Positions 63,546 to 64,000 of a DNA stretch of 64,000 bases are shown here, piece by piece. The DNA lies in assembly GCF_036321535.1 (NCBI RefSeq), contig NC_087437.1, positions 86,926,001-86,990,000 of the forward strand, written 5' to 3'. Source of the DNA: Camelus dromedarius (taxonomy: Eukaryota). Position numbers and translations under genes: made by a program. How positions within the stretch are numbered: the first letter of the stretch is position 1; every line of letters begins with the position of its first letter. The notes beneath the pieces were generated by a model. The model was not told the DNA's origin. It did no database searches and worked only from the letters and a program-made list of their open reading frames with translations.

Positions 63546-64000
63546 ATTGTACATAATAGAAGCACTGACTATAAATAGTAAGAAACTTTAAAACACTTAA
63601 GAAAATACGTGCTCCACTGTGTCTTCATATTGCTACTGTAAACTAAGTCCAAAAAATACTATCTAAATTCCAGGTAAAAATACACTATGTTCTACTAAGA
63701 AGCATGTATATGTATTATGGATGAAATGTTTATAATTAAAAAAAATGAAACCTAGAATAAGAAGCAAACCATTAAAGAAATACAGCAAGAGCCTTTTTTA
63801 TATCTTTTAAATATTGATCTATAACAAATAAGACTTCTAAATCCTTAGAGTTTTCGTGAATATATCATTTTGATTTAAAAAATGGAGTGAGAGTTTTGAT
63901 TTTTGTCTTTTTACTCCTAAGACAAAAGGTACTTTTTTCCTCCTCTATATTTAAAGTTGGGAAGAATTCTACGGTAAAGCAGTAAGAGTAAACTGATTTA

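Overview
Mammalian genomic DNA, AT-rich and mostly intronic. The whole window lies inside EPHA3 (ephrin type-A receptor 3) on the minus strand. Nine consecutive coding exons can be placed exactly, each with GT-AG boundaries and in a continuous reading frame (exons 8-16 by human numbering; 103, 65, 126, 186, 62, 210, 150, 194 and 156 nt). They encode the transmembrane helix, juxtamembrane tyrosines, the complete kinase domain and most of the SAM domain. Exons 1-7 lie beyond the right edge and exon 17 beyond the left edge. The introns carry ancient MIR, L2, MER5/MER20/MER58/Charlie/Tigger elements, several solo LTRs and short L1 3' ends. I saw no Alu, B1, SINEC, Bov-tA or PRE-1, and one L1 tail looks camelid-type, so a camelid source is my tentative inference. 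No prokaryote-type or wholly new system is evident. The best leads are: (i) a cryptic 43-nt exon in intron 10 and stop-plus-polyA configurations that could give kinase-less or SAM-less EphA3; (ii) LTRs carrying STAT (GAS) motifs; (iii) a polyadenylated LTR-like fragment apparently retroposed by L1; (iv) SAM substitutions toward the Eph-family consensus. Repeat family names and human/mouse comparisons come from recall rather than database searches, and repeat boundaries are approximate unless TSDs/TIRs are quoted.
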